Below are positions 19,554 through 29,597 of a stretch of DNA of 32,000 nucleotides, piece after piece (the first letter of the stretch is position 1; each line of letters starts with the position of its first letter). Origin of the DNA: Candidatus Paracaedimonas acanthamoebae. Lineage in GTDB: Bacteria; Pseudomonadota; Alphaproteobacteria; Caedimonadales; Caedimonadaceae. The translations under genes were made by a program, and so were the position numbers. The notes beneath the pieces were generated by a model. It saw nothing but the letters and a program-made list of their open reading frames with translations, was not told where the DNA came from and did not search any database. The DNA lies in NCBI GenBank assembly GCA_000743035.1, contig CP008936.1:600001-632000 (forward strand). The letters are read 5' to 3'.

Positions 19554-19997
19554 TCAGTTATGTTCAGGTTTTTGATGTGTCCACCAAGCTTCGTGAAGAT
19601 CATGAAAGTGACACATGATTTTTTCAACATGTAAACAAATCTCGCATTGATCTGAAAACAAAAGGTGGATTTCTCCATCTTTGTCTCCATGAATCGTTAA
19701 AAGATTTAAAGTTTTAGTTGGATCCTTAATGTCGATCCCTTTGTGGCGAACATGATGGACATGAGTAAAATGGAGGCCTGCATGCACTCGTGAATAAAGA
19801 GGTGTTCCAGTATGAAGTTGAGGACTTACTTCCCAACAAAAACGGTTGGCAAGAATACTGAAATGCTTACCTTCTTTATTATAATAGAAAGCTGTCATTG
19901 GAATGAGGCTATCTTGAAGATAAGCCCCCATAATTTTGAGGTCTTGTTGATCCTCAGCCCGCAGCTTTAAGGGGGTGTGTTGTTGTTGAAATGTCAT
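19554..19997 (-). CDS. DUF2948-family protein (conserved alphaproteobacterial murA neighbour)
   Basis: [33 protein letters not shown]...ANRFCWE matches the usual DUF2948 N-terminus. I prefer the ATG at 19997 over the ORF-track start at 20066, which adds 23 residues lying entirely inside murA. Confidence 0.75.
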   Translation of the reverse strand: MTFQQQHTPLKLRAEDQQDLKIMGAYLQDSLIPMTAFYYNKEGKHFSILANRFCWEVSPQLHTGTPLYSRVHAGLHFTHVHHVRHKGIDIKDPTKTLNLLTIHGDKDGEIHLLFSDQCEICLHVEKIMCHFHDLHEAWWTHQKPEHN

Positions 19998-21279
19998 ATG
20001 TAGAGCCCTCCCTGACTCGTTCAATAATAGCACCGCAAGCACCAAGCTTATTTTCCAGTTCTTCATATCCTCGGTCGAGATGATAAACGCGGTTGACTAT
20101 TGTTTCTTCAGAAGACGTTAACGCCGCTAGAACCAAAGAGACAGATGCCCGAAGGTCTGTCGCCATAACGGGTGCGCCTTTTAAGCTATTCACGCCTTTA
20201 ATAATCGCTGTATTTCCTTTGATTGTGATATCAGCCCCCATGCGAGCAAGCTCTGGGACATGCATAAAACGATTTTCCCAAATTGTTTCGGTGATTAAAG
20301 ACGTGCCCTCGGCAACACATGCTAATGCCATGATTTGTGCTTGTAAATCTGTTGCAAAGCCTGGGTAAGGATCTGTGGTCACTTCAACAGCTTTAAGTTT
20401 GTGTGAAGGGCCTGTGGCAATAAATCCTTGAGCGGTCTTTTTGAAAGTCATTCCCATAGCTTCAAGAGCTTGAGAAGTTGTTGGAATCAACGCTAAGTCA
20501 GTCCCAATAAGTTCAACTTCACCGCCTGTAATCCCTGCAGCCATAGCATATGTGCCTGTCTCAATGCGGTCAGGGAGAACAGAATAGGTGGTACCATGAA
20601 GGCTTGAAACACCTGTAATGGTTAAAATAGGGGTGCCAACACCTTCAATTTTTGCTCCCATAGCTTGGAGACAGTGCGCAAGATCTGTGATCTCAGGTTC
20701 AACTGCGCAGTTTAATAAACGGGTGGTTCCCTGGGCTAAAACAGCTGCCATAAGAATATTTTCGGTGCCAGTAACAGTTACCACTGGGAACGAGAATTCT
20801 GCTCCTACAAGACCATTTTGGGTTTGAGCAATGACATACCCATCTTCAAGAGTAATCTTAGCTCCTAACGCTTCTAATCCTTTGAGATGAATATCAACAG
20901 GGCGACTTCCAATAGCGCATCCTCCTGGAAGTGAAACTTTAGCATAGCCAGTTCTCGCTAAAAGAGGCCCCAAAACAAGGAAAGAGGCGCGCATTTTGCG
21001 CACAAGGTCATAAGGGGCTTCGGGAAGGATGGGACCTTGAGCATGGAAAGTTGCCTGGTGTTCACCAATAGCTTGACCTTCATAAGTGGTTTTGACGCCA
21101 AGATGGCTCAGAACACTGCCAAGCGTGAAGACATCCGCAAGCTGCGGCAGATTTTTTAAAACCAGAGGTTCTTTGGTTAAGAGACTTGTGCACATTAAAG
21201 GAAGAGCTGCATTTTTAGCGCCCGAGATGCGAATTTTTCCAGAAAGTGACTGACCGCCTATAATTTTAATCTTATCCAT
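19954..21279 (-). CDS. murA: UDP-N-acetylglucosamine 1-carboxyvinyltransferase
   Basis: [29 protein letters not shown], the active-site region [16 protein letters not shown], and [14 protein letters not shown]. Confidence 0.97.
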   Translation of the reverse strand: MDKIKIIGGQSLSGKIRISGAKNAALPLMCTSLLTKEPLVLKNLPQLADVFTLGSVLSHLGVKTTYEGQAIGEHQATFHAQGPILPEAPYDLVRKMRASFLVLGPLLARTGYAKVSLPGGCAIGSRPVDIHLKGLEALGAKITLEDGYVIAQTQNGLVGAEFSFPVVTVTGTENILMAAVLAQGTTRLLNCAVEPEITDLAHCLQAMGAKIEGVGTPILTITGVSSLHGTTYSVLPDRIETGTYAMAAGITGGEVELIGTDLALIPTTSQALEAMGMTFKKTAQGFIATGPSHKLKAVEVTTDPYPGFATDLQAQIMALACVAEGTSLITETIWENRFMHVPELARMGADITIKGNTAIIKGVNSLKGAPVMATDLRASVSLVLAALTSSEETIVNRVYHLDRGYEELENKLGACGAIIERVREGSTYDISTTTHPLKAAG

Positions 21280-21841
21280 TTGCTTTTATGACCTGTGGTA
21301 AAGTTACGCCAAGTTGACCCATATATTTTCCTGACCGATCTTTATAAGAGACTTCGCAGGCTTGTTCTCCTTTAAGGAAAAGGAATTGACAGGCGCCCTC
21401 ATTCGCATAAATTTTAGCAGGAAGAGGGGTTGTATTTGAAAATTCTAATGTTACATGACCTTCCCACTCGGGCTCTAAAGGCGTCACGTTGACAATGATA
21501 CCACAGCGTGCATAGGTGGATTTTCCAAGACATATCACCAGAATATCGCGAGGAATACGAAAATACTCAACCGTACGCGCTAGAGCAAAGCTATTTGGAG
21601 GAATGATGCAAACATCAGTGACCCGATCAACAAAGCCATTATGATCGAAATTTTTCGGATCAACGGTCGCACTGTCAACATTGGTAAAAATCTTAAATTC
21701 ATTGGCAACACGGGCATCATATCCAAAAGAAGATAAACCATAGGAAATCATCCCTCGGCTTTGCTGGCGCTCAACAAAGGGTTCAATCATTTGCTGATTG
21801 AGGGCGGCGTCGCGAATCCACTGGTCTGATAAGATGGGCAT
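21272..21841 (-). CDS. dcd: dCTP deaminase
   Basis: [50 protein letters not shown]. It overlaps the murA start by 8 nt. Confidence 0.95.
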   Translation of the reverse strand: MPILSDQWIRDAALNQQMIEPFVERQQSRGMISYGLSSFGYDARVANEFKIFTNVDSATVDPKNFDHNGFVDRVTDVCIIPPNSFALARTVEYFRIPRDILVICLGKSTYARCGIIVNVTPLEPEWEGHVTLEFSNTTPLPAKIYANEGACQFLFLKGEQACEVSYKDRSGKYMGQLGVTLPQVIKANG

Positions 21842-21930
21842 ATGGTTCTCTAGTTACTTAGTCAATATTCTTGCATGCTAATAGAAGTTCGTCAAAAAGT
21901 GGAGAAAAATTTGTAAGAAGTCAGAATTTT

Positions 21931-22448
21931 CTTGATTTTTGTATCATGATATGGTAGCCTGGTAATAGATGGTCAGAGATGATTCTCTTCCTTATTAAGA
22001 CTTAAAAAATCTTGATAACCCTTTTACTCAGTTTCTGAATCCATCCCATAAGAAAAGAAGAATAAGACAGGGATAAAAACCTCAATTATTAAACAATAAA
22101 AGACCTTTTAACGCTCTACTTCAGCGAATGCCCTCTCTTTGCCTGATGAAAAGGCGGGGGTAGGCATAGAAAAGGAGGGAGTTTAGTGGAGAACATCGAA
22201 TGGCGATGGGAGAGATCTTTCGGTTCCTTGAGATCCTAGGCACAGGGCCTAGGATGACGAGAACAAAGGAGCTTGGAACTCAGAGGTGAGGTCTGAGTGG
22301 GAATTGAAATGAATAAAGAAAGGAAGAAAAATGTTTGGCAACAAAGGAATGAAAACTGACGAGCTTCAGGCCTATCACCCACAAAGTCATCCCCGGACTT
22401 GTGTCGGGGATCTTAGGCAACCAGGGGATGCTGAAAGGTGCCAAGATA
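21931..22448 (+). repeat. Bipartite intergenic repeat, short copy B. The 5' module is 21931-22144, the 49-bp middle is 22145-22193, and the 3' module is 22194-22448.
   Basis: Colinear with copy A (6469-7425). It contains the same 8-bp hairpin (22234-22254) and the covarying hairpin (22389-22411). Confidence 0.85.
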
Positions 22449-22465
22449 ATCAATTTTTAACATGA
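22331..22465 (+). CDS. Candidate 44-aa small ORF in the repeat 3' module (copy B)
   Basis: MFGNKGMKTDELQAYHPQSHPRTCVGDLRQPGDAERCQDNQFLT. AGGA lies about 7 nt upstream. It is the positional homologue of 7306-7410. Confidence 0.2.
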   Translation: MFGNKGMKTDELQAYHPQSHPRTCVGDLRQPGDAERCQDNQFLT

Positions 22466-22622
22466 TAATGATTAAAGAACGTCAAGAGGAAAAAATGGTG
22501 AGAAAAATAGAACAAAAAACAAATAAGCTTTTATTGGATGAGTTTAGCTTCATCCTCAATAACGCTTTAAGAATTAACCAAAAAGCAAGCTGGCTTTTTG
22601 AATGAAGCCAAGGTAAAAATAA

Positions 22623-25600
22623 ATGCAGGATGATTCAATTAAGGTCTTAAGAATGAAAAAAAAGCAACTGAATGAGCGGGTCGAAACAATTACTGAACTT
22701 GTTCAAAGAAAGGCAAGCGATTCTATCAAACTATCGATCAAGCGTTTCACACAACAATTTTTTTCAACGCTTGCTTCAGATGATATGCGGAAGATCCCTC
22801 TTGAAAATCTTGCAGCAGGCGTCCTAGACCTTTGGGAGTTTTTTCAAGAGCGTGAAGTTGGAAAACCAAAAATTCGAATCTATTATTGGAGGCCAGACGC
22901 CACGTTGCCTTTGCCTTTGGCTGAACGTATTGTGATTGATATTGTGAATGATGATATGTCATTTCTTGTCGATTCTCTTATTCAACTCTTGCAAAAACAT
23001 AATCTAAAAGCCAAGCGAATTGTTCATCCTGTGATTAAAGTAAAACGAAATGCTGAAGGAAAGTTAACAGATGTATTTGAACTCACTGAAGAAGCTTCGG
23101 AAGCCCAGTATGAATCAGTAATTCATTGTGAAATTGTTGAATCCATTTATCCAGAGCTTGTGGATCTTTTAGCAAAAGAACTTCAAGATGTTTTACAGGA
23201 TGTGAGGTATGCAACTTCCGATTGGAAAAAAATGCTTGATAAAGTTTTAGTTGCGCAGGATGACCTACAAAGGACCTGCCCTCCAACAGCTCTTGATCAG
23301 CAAGGAGAAATCCTAAATTTTCTCGACTGGATTCGCGAGGATCATTACACATTTCTTGGTTATGCTTATTATGATTTCTTAGAAGCCCATCATGAAGGAA
23401 TTAAAAAAATTCAATGTTCTCATGGGCTTGGGATTATGAAACTAGAATCGTATCAAAGTCTTGCGAAGATTTTTGATGGAGTTGATTTTGAAAACCAAAC
23501 ATTTCACTATATTTTAGAATCGACACCTTTAATTATTAATAAGGCTAGCCAAATTTCTCGTGTCCATCGCGGGGTAACAATGGACATTATTGGCGTCAAG
23601 CACTTCTCATCGAATGGTTCGGTGATTGGCATGCATCTTTTTATGGGGCTGTTCACTTCTGTTGCTTATGATAGCAGCGTTCGAGATATCCCTTTATTGC
23701 GTCGGAAGCTAGAACATATCTTAGATTATGCTGGTTTGGTTCCTGCTTGGCATGATGGAAAGTCTTTGATTCATATTCTTGATTCTCTACCTCGAGATGA
23801 CTTTTTTCAAGCAGATATTGAGCAATTAGCAGAAATTGGGCTTGCTGTGTTAAATCTTCAAGAGCGTCAGAAGTTTGCGCTTTTTATTCATCAAGATCAA
23901 TTCAATCGTTTTTTGTCTTGCCTCGTGTATATCCCGCGTGAGCGTTTTGATTCTGAATTATGCGATCAGATTGGTGAGACACTTGCTAAAAACTTAAAGG
24001 GTGCCTTGTCGGTTTATAAAGCTCAATTTGGATCTTTTGCACTGGCACGCGTGCATTACACGATTCATATCCCAGGCGGTATTAAAGAGACTTATAATAT
24101 CAAGGGTCTTGAAGAAAAAATTGTTAAGGTAGCCCGTTCTTGGAAAGATGACTTACGGTTAACTCTTGTCTCTGCTTTTAATGATTATGAGGGGCAAAAA
24201 GTCTTTCAGCGTTATTGTGAAGCCTTCACGAAAGGGTATCAAGAACGTTTTCATGGCGCCGATGTTAAAGCTGATATTGAACAAATAGAATTAGCCTGCC
24301 AATCCAATACGCCTAAAGCTCGTCTTTATACAACTGATGGAGCTCCAAGTCACCGTTTACATCTGAAAGTTTTTAATCCAGGTGATCCTGTTGCTCTTTC
24401 GGATATTCTCCCAGTTCTTGAAAATCTTGATTTTAGAGTGATTAAAGAGATACCTTTTGTGGTCTCACCCCAAGGGGTATCTAACCCTGTGTGGATTCAT
24501 GATTTTGAAATGATTACGCAAGATAATTACGTTGTTAATCCCACAGAGATTCAAGCAAATTTTTTCAGTACTTTGAAGGGCGTAAAAGAAAGATTGATTG
24601 AAGATGATGGTGTTAATCGTCTCATTTTGAGAGCTAATATAACACCACGTGAAGGTTTAATTCTTAGGGTTTTAAGCAAATATTTACGGCAACTTCAGTT
24701 TTCATTCAGTCGAGAATATATTGAGCAAACACTCTTGAAATATTCCGATATTACGAAGCAACTCGTGACATTTTTTGGGAGTAAATTTAATCCAGAAATT
24801 GCCCTTGATGATCAGCTTTTGAAACAAGACATCTTAAAGAAGATTGATAAAATTCAAAATCCCGATGAAGATAAGATTTTAAGAAGATTTTTAAATCTCA
24901 TACAGTCAGCGTTGCGAACAAACTTTTACCAAAAAGATGCACAAGGCAATTTTAAGACTTATACGTCCATTAAGTTTGATTGTCATCAAATTGATGAATT
25001 GCCTCTTCCCAGGCCAAAATTTGAGATCTATATTTATTCTCCTCACTTTGAAGCCATTCACTTGAGAGGTGGAAAAGTTGCACGAGGAGGCATTCGTTGG
25101 TCAGATCGCCTTGAAGATTACCGAACAGAAATTTTAGGTCTTCTTAAGGCTCAGATGGTTAAAAATACGGTCATTGTACCTGTTGGTTCAAAAGGAGGAT
25201 TTGTTCTAAAAGCAATCCCTCAGAATGCAAGCCGTGAAGAAGTTCTCAACGAAGCCATAACCTATTATAAAAAAATGATTCAGGGTTTATTGGATATTAC
25301 AGATAATTTTAAAGATGGAGTAGTAATTCCTCCTCAAGATGTTGTTCGATGGGATGAAGATGATCCTTATTTGGTCGTTGCGGCGGATAAAGGAACAGCA
25401 ACATTCTCAGATTATGCCAATGAAGTTTCGAAAGATTATGACTTTTGGTTGGATGATGCATTTGCCTCCGGAGGATCCAGTGGTTATGATCACAAAAAAA
25501 TTGGAATCACAGCCCGAGGCGCATGGGAATCTGTCAAGCGCCATTTCTATGAGCTGGATATTCCTATCGAGAGGGCACCGTTTACTGTTGCCGGTGTAGG

Positions 25601-27509
25601 GGATATGTCAGGGGATGTTTTTGGGAATGGGATGCTTCAATTTGAGACAATCAAGCTTGTAGCTGCATTTAATCATCAACATATTTTTATTGATCCAACA
25701 CCAGACTCTCAATTGAGTTATAACGAACGGAAGCGTCTTTTCAAACTTCCACGCTCAACATGGAAAGACTATGATCCTGCTTTTATTTCAAAAGGAGGTG
25801 GTGTGTTTGAGCGGACAGCAAAGACAATTCCTGTATCTCCTGAGATGCAACAGCTTTTCAATTTGAATGTGACAGAGATAACCCCCTCTGAATTGATCAA
25901 AGCAATTTTGAAATTAAATGTAGATCTTTTGTGGTTTGGTGGCATTGGAACTTTTATTAAGTCTTCTAAAGAAAGTCATCAAGATGTTGGCGATCGTACC
26001 AATGATGCTATACGGATCAATGCTAAGCATCTTCGCTGTAAAGTCATTGGAGAAGGAGCTAATTTGGGTGTTACCCAGCTAGGCCGCATTGAGTATGCAA
26101 CCTTGGGGGGGCGCATTAATACGGATGCAATTGATAATTCAGGTGGTGTGAATTGCTCAGATCATGAAGTTAATATTAAAATTCTTCTCAATCAACTTGT
26201 CATTGCCGGAAAATTAAGTTTAGAAGCACGCAATAATTTATTGGAATCTATGACAGATGAGGTTGCCAAGCTTGTTTTACGGGACAATTATAAACAGGCA
26301 CAAGCCATCAGCTTGCTTGAGGCTCAAGGACCGAATCTTCTTGATGGACAGATTCGAATTATGAGAACGCTTGAGGCTAAGGGTATACTCAATCGAGCAA
26401 TTGAGTATTTGCCGGACGATGCCACGATGCTTGAGCATCAAACATTACAAAAAGGTCTTACAAAACCTGAAATTGCAATTTTGTTGGCCTATAGCAAAAT
26501 TGATTTTTATCAGGAAATCCTTAAGTCTTCTTTGCTGGATGATTTCGTTTTTGAAGAAGATCTTTTAAATTATTTCCCAGAGAGTATGCGCAAGAATTAT
26601 CGGGCTGAGATTTTAACACATCCGCTTAGGCGCGAAATTGTGGCAACAAAGATCACAAATGAAATTGTCAACCGCATCAGTGCTAGCTTCATTTATGATA
26701 CCATGACAAAATTAAACTGTCGCCTTGAAGATGTTTACCGGGCTTATATTATCGTTCGGAATGTCTTTGATCTTCGTGCGCTATGGCGACAGTTAGAGAG
26801 TTTGGATAAATTGATTCATCCAACAACGCTTATAAAAGTCATGATTGATATTCTGCATATGGTGCGGCGTACGATTAAGTGGCTTATTCGTCATTATAAA
26901 ATGGCGGATAATATTACGGCATCAACTCAACTTTTCAAACTTGGGACAAGCGCCTTTTTAGCAGATCTTCATCATTTCCTCGATGAACAGAGCCAGATTA
27001 ACCTTCAGCAGCAGATTACATTCTATGAGAAGTTAGGTCTTCCTCAAAAACTTGCGCTTGAGATTGCGTATCTTCAAGTGGCTACATCATCGCCAGATAT
27101 CATCTTAATTGCTTCACAAACAGGCTATAGTATTGCACAGATTGCCATCTTTTATTTTCTTGTGGGGGCGCGTCTTGGCATCACTCACTTAAGGCAAGAA
27201 ATTGAAAAAATTAAATCAAATACGTCTTGGCATCGTTTTGCAATTCTAGGAATTCAAGAAGATTTATTTAATATCCAGAATGAGGTCGTACTGCAGGTCT
27301 TAAGTTTTGATGACAAGAGTCCGAAAAATGATCAGCTTAAAACAACGATGTTAATGGAGCTTTGGACGATTGCATCAAAAGATAAATTAGCGTCTCTTGA
27401 TGCTTTGCTTCAGGAAGCTTTTTTGCAAAATTCATTGGATCTGGCAAATCTAACCGTTATCACGCGGGAATTAAGAAATCTAACAACGGAATTAGGGTTG
27501 AAGGGCTAA
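22623..27509 (+). CDS. gdhB: NAD-specific glutamate dehydrogenase, large (about 180 kDa) class
   Basis: 1628 aa. The catalytic core reads RGGIRWSDRLEDYRTEILGLLKAQMVKNTVIVPVGSKGGF ... VVAADKGTATFSDYAN ... GVGDMSGDVFGNGM ... NSGGVNCSDHEVNIKIL. The symbol is used loosely (gdhZ in Caulobacter). Confidence 0.93.
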   Translation: MQDDSIKVLRMKKKQLNERVETITELVQRKASDSIKLSIKRFTQQFFSTLASDDMRKIPLENLAAGVLDLWEFFQEREVGKPKIRIYYWRPDATLPLPLAERIVIDIVNDDMSFLVDSLIQLLQKHNLKAKRIVHPVIKVKRNAEGKLTDVFELTEEASEAQYESVIHCEIVESIYPELVDLLAKELQDVLQDVRYATSDWKKMLDKVLVAQDDLQRTCPPTALDQQGEILNFLDWIREDHYTFLGYAYYDFLEAHHEGIKKIQCSHGLGIMKLESYQSLAKIFDGVDFENQTFHYILESTPLIINKASQISRVHRGVTMDIIGVKHFSSNGSVIGMHLFMGLFTSVAYDSSVRDIPLLRRKLEHILDYAGLVPAWHDGKSLIHILDSLPRDDFFQADIEQLAEIGLAVLNLQERQKFALFIHQDQFNRFLSCLVYIPRERFDSELCDQIGETLAKNLKGALSVYKAQFGSFALARVHYTIHIPGGIKETYNIKGLEEKIVKVARSWKDDLRLTLVSAFNDYEGQKVFQRYCEAFTKGYQERFHGADVKADIEQIELACQSNTPKARLYTTDGAPSHRLHLKVFNPGDPVALSDILPVLENLDFRVIKEIPFVVSPQGVSNPVWIHDFEMITQDNYVVNPTEIQANFFSTLKGVKERLIEDDGVNRLILRANITPREGLILRVLSKYLRQLQFSFSREYIEQTLLKYSDITKQLVTFFGSKFNPEIALDDQLLKQDILKKIDKIQNPDEDKILRRFLNLIQSALRTNFYQKDAQGNFKTYTSIKFDCHQIDELPLPRPKFEIYIYSPHFEAIHLRGGKVARGGIRWSDRLEDYRTEILGLLKAQMVKNTVIVPVGSKGGFVLKAIPQNASREEVLNEAITYYKKMIQGLLDITDNFKDGVVIPPQDVVRWDEDDPYLVVAADKGTATFSDYANEVSKDYDFWLDDAFASGGSSGYDHKKIGITARGAWESVKRHFYELDIPIERAPFTVAGVGDMSGDVFGNGMLQFETIKLVAAFNHQHIFIDPTPDSQLSYNERKRLFKLPRSTWKDYDPAFISKGGGVFERTAKTIPVSPEMQQLFNLNVTEITPSELIKAILKLNVDLLWFGGIGTFIKSSKESHQDVGDRTNDAIRINAKHLRCKVIGEGANLGVTQLGRIEYATLGGRINTDAIDNSGGVNCSDHEVNIKILLNQLVIAGKLSLEARNNLLESMTDEVAKLVLRDNYKQAQAISLLEAQGPNLLDGQIRIMRTLEAKGILNRAIEYLPDDATMLEHQTLQKGLTKPEIAILLAYSKIDFYQEILKSSLLDDFVFEEDLLNYFPESMRKNYRAEILTHPLRREIVATKITNEIVNRISASFIYDTMTKLNCRLEDVYRAYIIVRNVFDLRALWRQLESLDKLIHPTTLIKVMIDILHMVRRTIKWLIRHYKMADNITASTQLFKLGTSAFLADLHHFLDEQSQINLQQQITFYEKLGLPQKLALEIAYLQVATSSPDIILIASQTGYSIAQIAIFYFLVGARLGITHLRQEIEKIKSNTSWHRFAILGIQEDLFNIQNEVVLQVLSFDDKSPKNDQLKTTMLMELWTIASKDKLASLDALLQEAFLQNSLDLANLTVITRELRNLTTELGLKG

Positions 27510-27535
27510 GTAAAAGAATCAAAAAACAATTGAAT

Positions 27536-28438
27536 TCAAGCATAGGACCGGATGGTTTTAGCTAATAAAGGGGCAATCGAAAGCTGGCGAAGCTTTGTGC
27601 AACCTTTTCTTGATATGGAAGAGAAGATACTATCGGTAAACACAACTTCTTGAAGAGGGGAGAGGGCGATTTTCTCAAGGGAAGTCCCCGAAAGAATGCG
27701 ATGAGTACAGTAAGCATTCACTGATTTTGCACCTTTCTGCATAAGGAATTCAGCAGCCTTACAAAGTGTCTCACCTGTATCAACGATATCATCAATAATA
27801 ATGCAGTTTTGATCAATAACAGAGGTTTTGAATTGCATGTTGCATGTACCCGTAATCTCGTCTCTAGCCTTATGCAGAGTAATAGCTTTTACATTTAAAT
27901 GGTGAGCTAGTACTTGAGCTCTTTCATGTCCTCCAGCATCAGGAGAGACAATGAGGAGATTTTCTAATGGATAGGAAGCAAGGATGTCTTCACAAAAAAG
28001 AGTGGTCATCGAGAGATTATCAACGGGAAGAGTAAAGTATTTTTTGATCTGAGGTGTATGTAAATCAACGGTTATAATTCTATTGACACCTGTGACTTGC
28101 AGAAGGCGTGCTGTTAATTCTGAGGCAATTGATGATTGGGGGGTTGTATGCCTATCTTGACGAGCATAACCATAATAAGGAATGACCGCTGTAATAGATC
28201 GAGGCGAACATTGTTTGATCGTATTAAGTGTGATCACTAATTCCATGAAGTTATCGTTGACAGGAAAAGAAGTTGATTGGATAAGGAAAATATCCTCGCC
28301 TTTTAAATCATCAAAAATCTCAACAAAGATTTCTTTATCAGGGAATGTTTTAAAAGATGCCCTTATTAAGGGAAGGCTAAGAAAAGAGGCAATTTTCTCA
28401 GCGAGAGGCTTGTTACTATTGCCGCTAAAAATTTTCAT
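27536..28438 (-). CDS. prs: Ribose-phosphate pyrophosphokinase (PRPP synthetase)
   Basis: MKIFSGNSNKPLAEKIA, VIPYYGYARQDR, SPDAGG, and IIIDDIVDTGETLCKAAEFL. Confidence 0.93.
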   Translation of the reverse strand: MKIFSGNSNKPLAEKIASFLSLPLIRASFKTFPDKEIFVEIFDDLKGEDIFLIQSTSFPVNDNFMELVITLNTIKQCSPRSITAVIPYYGYARQDRHTTPQSSIASELTARLLQVTGVNRIITVDLHTPQIKKYFTLPVDNLSMTTLFCEDILASYPLENLLIVSPDAGGHERAQVLAHHLNVKAITLHKARDEITGTCNMQFKTSVIDQNCIIIDDIVDTGETLCKAAEFLMQKGAKSVNAYCTHRILSGTSLEKIALSPLQEVVFTDSIFSSISRKGCTKLRQLSIAPLLAKTIRSYA

Positions 28439-28473
28439 AAAGACAGCCTCACCAACAATTCAATTTTGTAACA

Positions 28474-29595
28474 TTAGTTCAAGGCGTTATACCCTGACAG
28501 TTTCTTTTCTAAAGTGTTTACTGTCGTGGGATCTTTTGTAACTTTTGCGAGTTGATGAAGATATTCTTCTGTCGCGCCCCAGAGTCGAGCTTTATGAGCA
28601 GCTTCCGCTAAAACAATTAAAGAAATTTCATGCTCTTGATTTTGGGCCGTTAATTTTTGGATTGCTTCGTAAGCCTTAAGAGGCGTTTCAGGGTTTATTG
28701 CTTGGATATACAGCTGGCATAGTTCTTGATCCGGCGATAGCTTCCAAAGGCGTTTGATTAAAAATTGAGCCCGCCATCGATGGTTAAGTTTTACATGAAG
28801 CTCGGCCAAGATTTTTCCTTCTTCTACTCCAGGATGAATTCTATAGGCTTTTTTTGCACGTGACAGAGCTTCTTTGTGAGATTGTTGGCTGTCTAAAGAT
28901 TTAGCCCAACCTGCAAGTAATGCTCCTTTTTTCTCTCTTAAAAGATCTTCCTCAAAATAACCAATTTTCTTGAGTTGACCTAACGCATGTTCTGCCTTTT
29001 TATAATCACCTAACGCTTGGGCTTGTTCATGGATCATTTTAAGGGCATAAGGTGAATTTGGGAAATATTGGAGAGCCTTCTCTGCATAAGCCTGTGCTTG
29101 AGCTGGTCGATCATTTTTTAGACTAAGACGAGCCAATCCTTGCCACCCAAGATATTCAACTCCTTTGAAAGTCGTCATGATTTTAAAAATAATTTTTGCT
29201 TGTTCATCATCATTCAGAGCTATTAAAGCCAGTGTCTCAAAATATTCTCCAAGCCCTGCAGTAGGGCTGTATTTTTGGATAAATTTGGCTTTTTCTAGAG
29301 CAATTTTAGGAAGACCACGTTCTAGAGACGTAAGGATAGTAAGAATTACTTCAGGAATTTTTTTACGGTGCCGTGCTTGATTGTATTTTCGCCAATTGAA
29401 GGTAAAATATAAAATCTGCGTTAAAATCTTGAAAATGCTTAGGGAGATAACAAGCATTAAAAACAGAATCCCAACCGTTGTTTCAAGTTGGTAATCTCGC
29501 CAACTAATAGCGACAAGTCCGCCTTGCCAATGCAGATAAAGTATAAAAGTTCCTAAGAATAAACTTGCCAGTAAAAAGGAAAACATTTTTTTCAT
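28474..29595 (-). CDS. HemY-like membrane-anchored TPR protein (HemY_N domain type)
   Basis: Two N-terminal TM helices with the GGLVAISWRDYQLETTVGILFL pattern, followed by TPR-like helical repeats. It sits directly downstream of the hemD/HemX-like pair. Confidence 0.75.
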   Translation of the reverse strand: MKKMFSFLLASLFLGTFILYLHWQGGLVAISWRDYQLETTVGILFLMLVISLSIFKILTQILYFTFNWRKYNQARHRKKIPEVILTILTSLERGLPKIALEKAKFIQKYSPTAGLGEYFETLALIALNDDEQAKIIFKIMTTFKGVEYLGWQGLARLSLKNDRPAQAQAYAEKALQYFPNSPYALKMIHEQAQALGDYKKAEHALGQLKKIGYFEEDLLREKKGALLAGWAKSLDSQQSHKEALSRAKKAYRIHPGVEEGKILAELHVKLNHRWRAQFLIKRLWKLSPDQELCQLYIQAINPETPLKAYEAIQKLTAQNQEHEISLIVLAEAAHKARLWGATEEYLHQLAKVTKDPTTVNTLEKKLSGYNALN

Positions 29596-29597
29596 GA

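Noticed and set aside
19998-20066. N-terminal 23-aa extension of DUF2948 with a signal-peptide look ([19 protein letters not shown]...)
   Set aside because: It lies entirely within the murA coding sequence. The conserved DUF2948 N-terminus begins at the internal ATG (19997), so the extension is likely an ORF-calling artefact.
22355-22375. Hammerhead-ribozyme-like CUGANGA core (ctgacga) in copy B
   Set aside because: Copy A has atgacga at the same site. No GAAA core element or helices I-III could be built around it.
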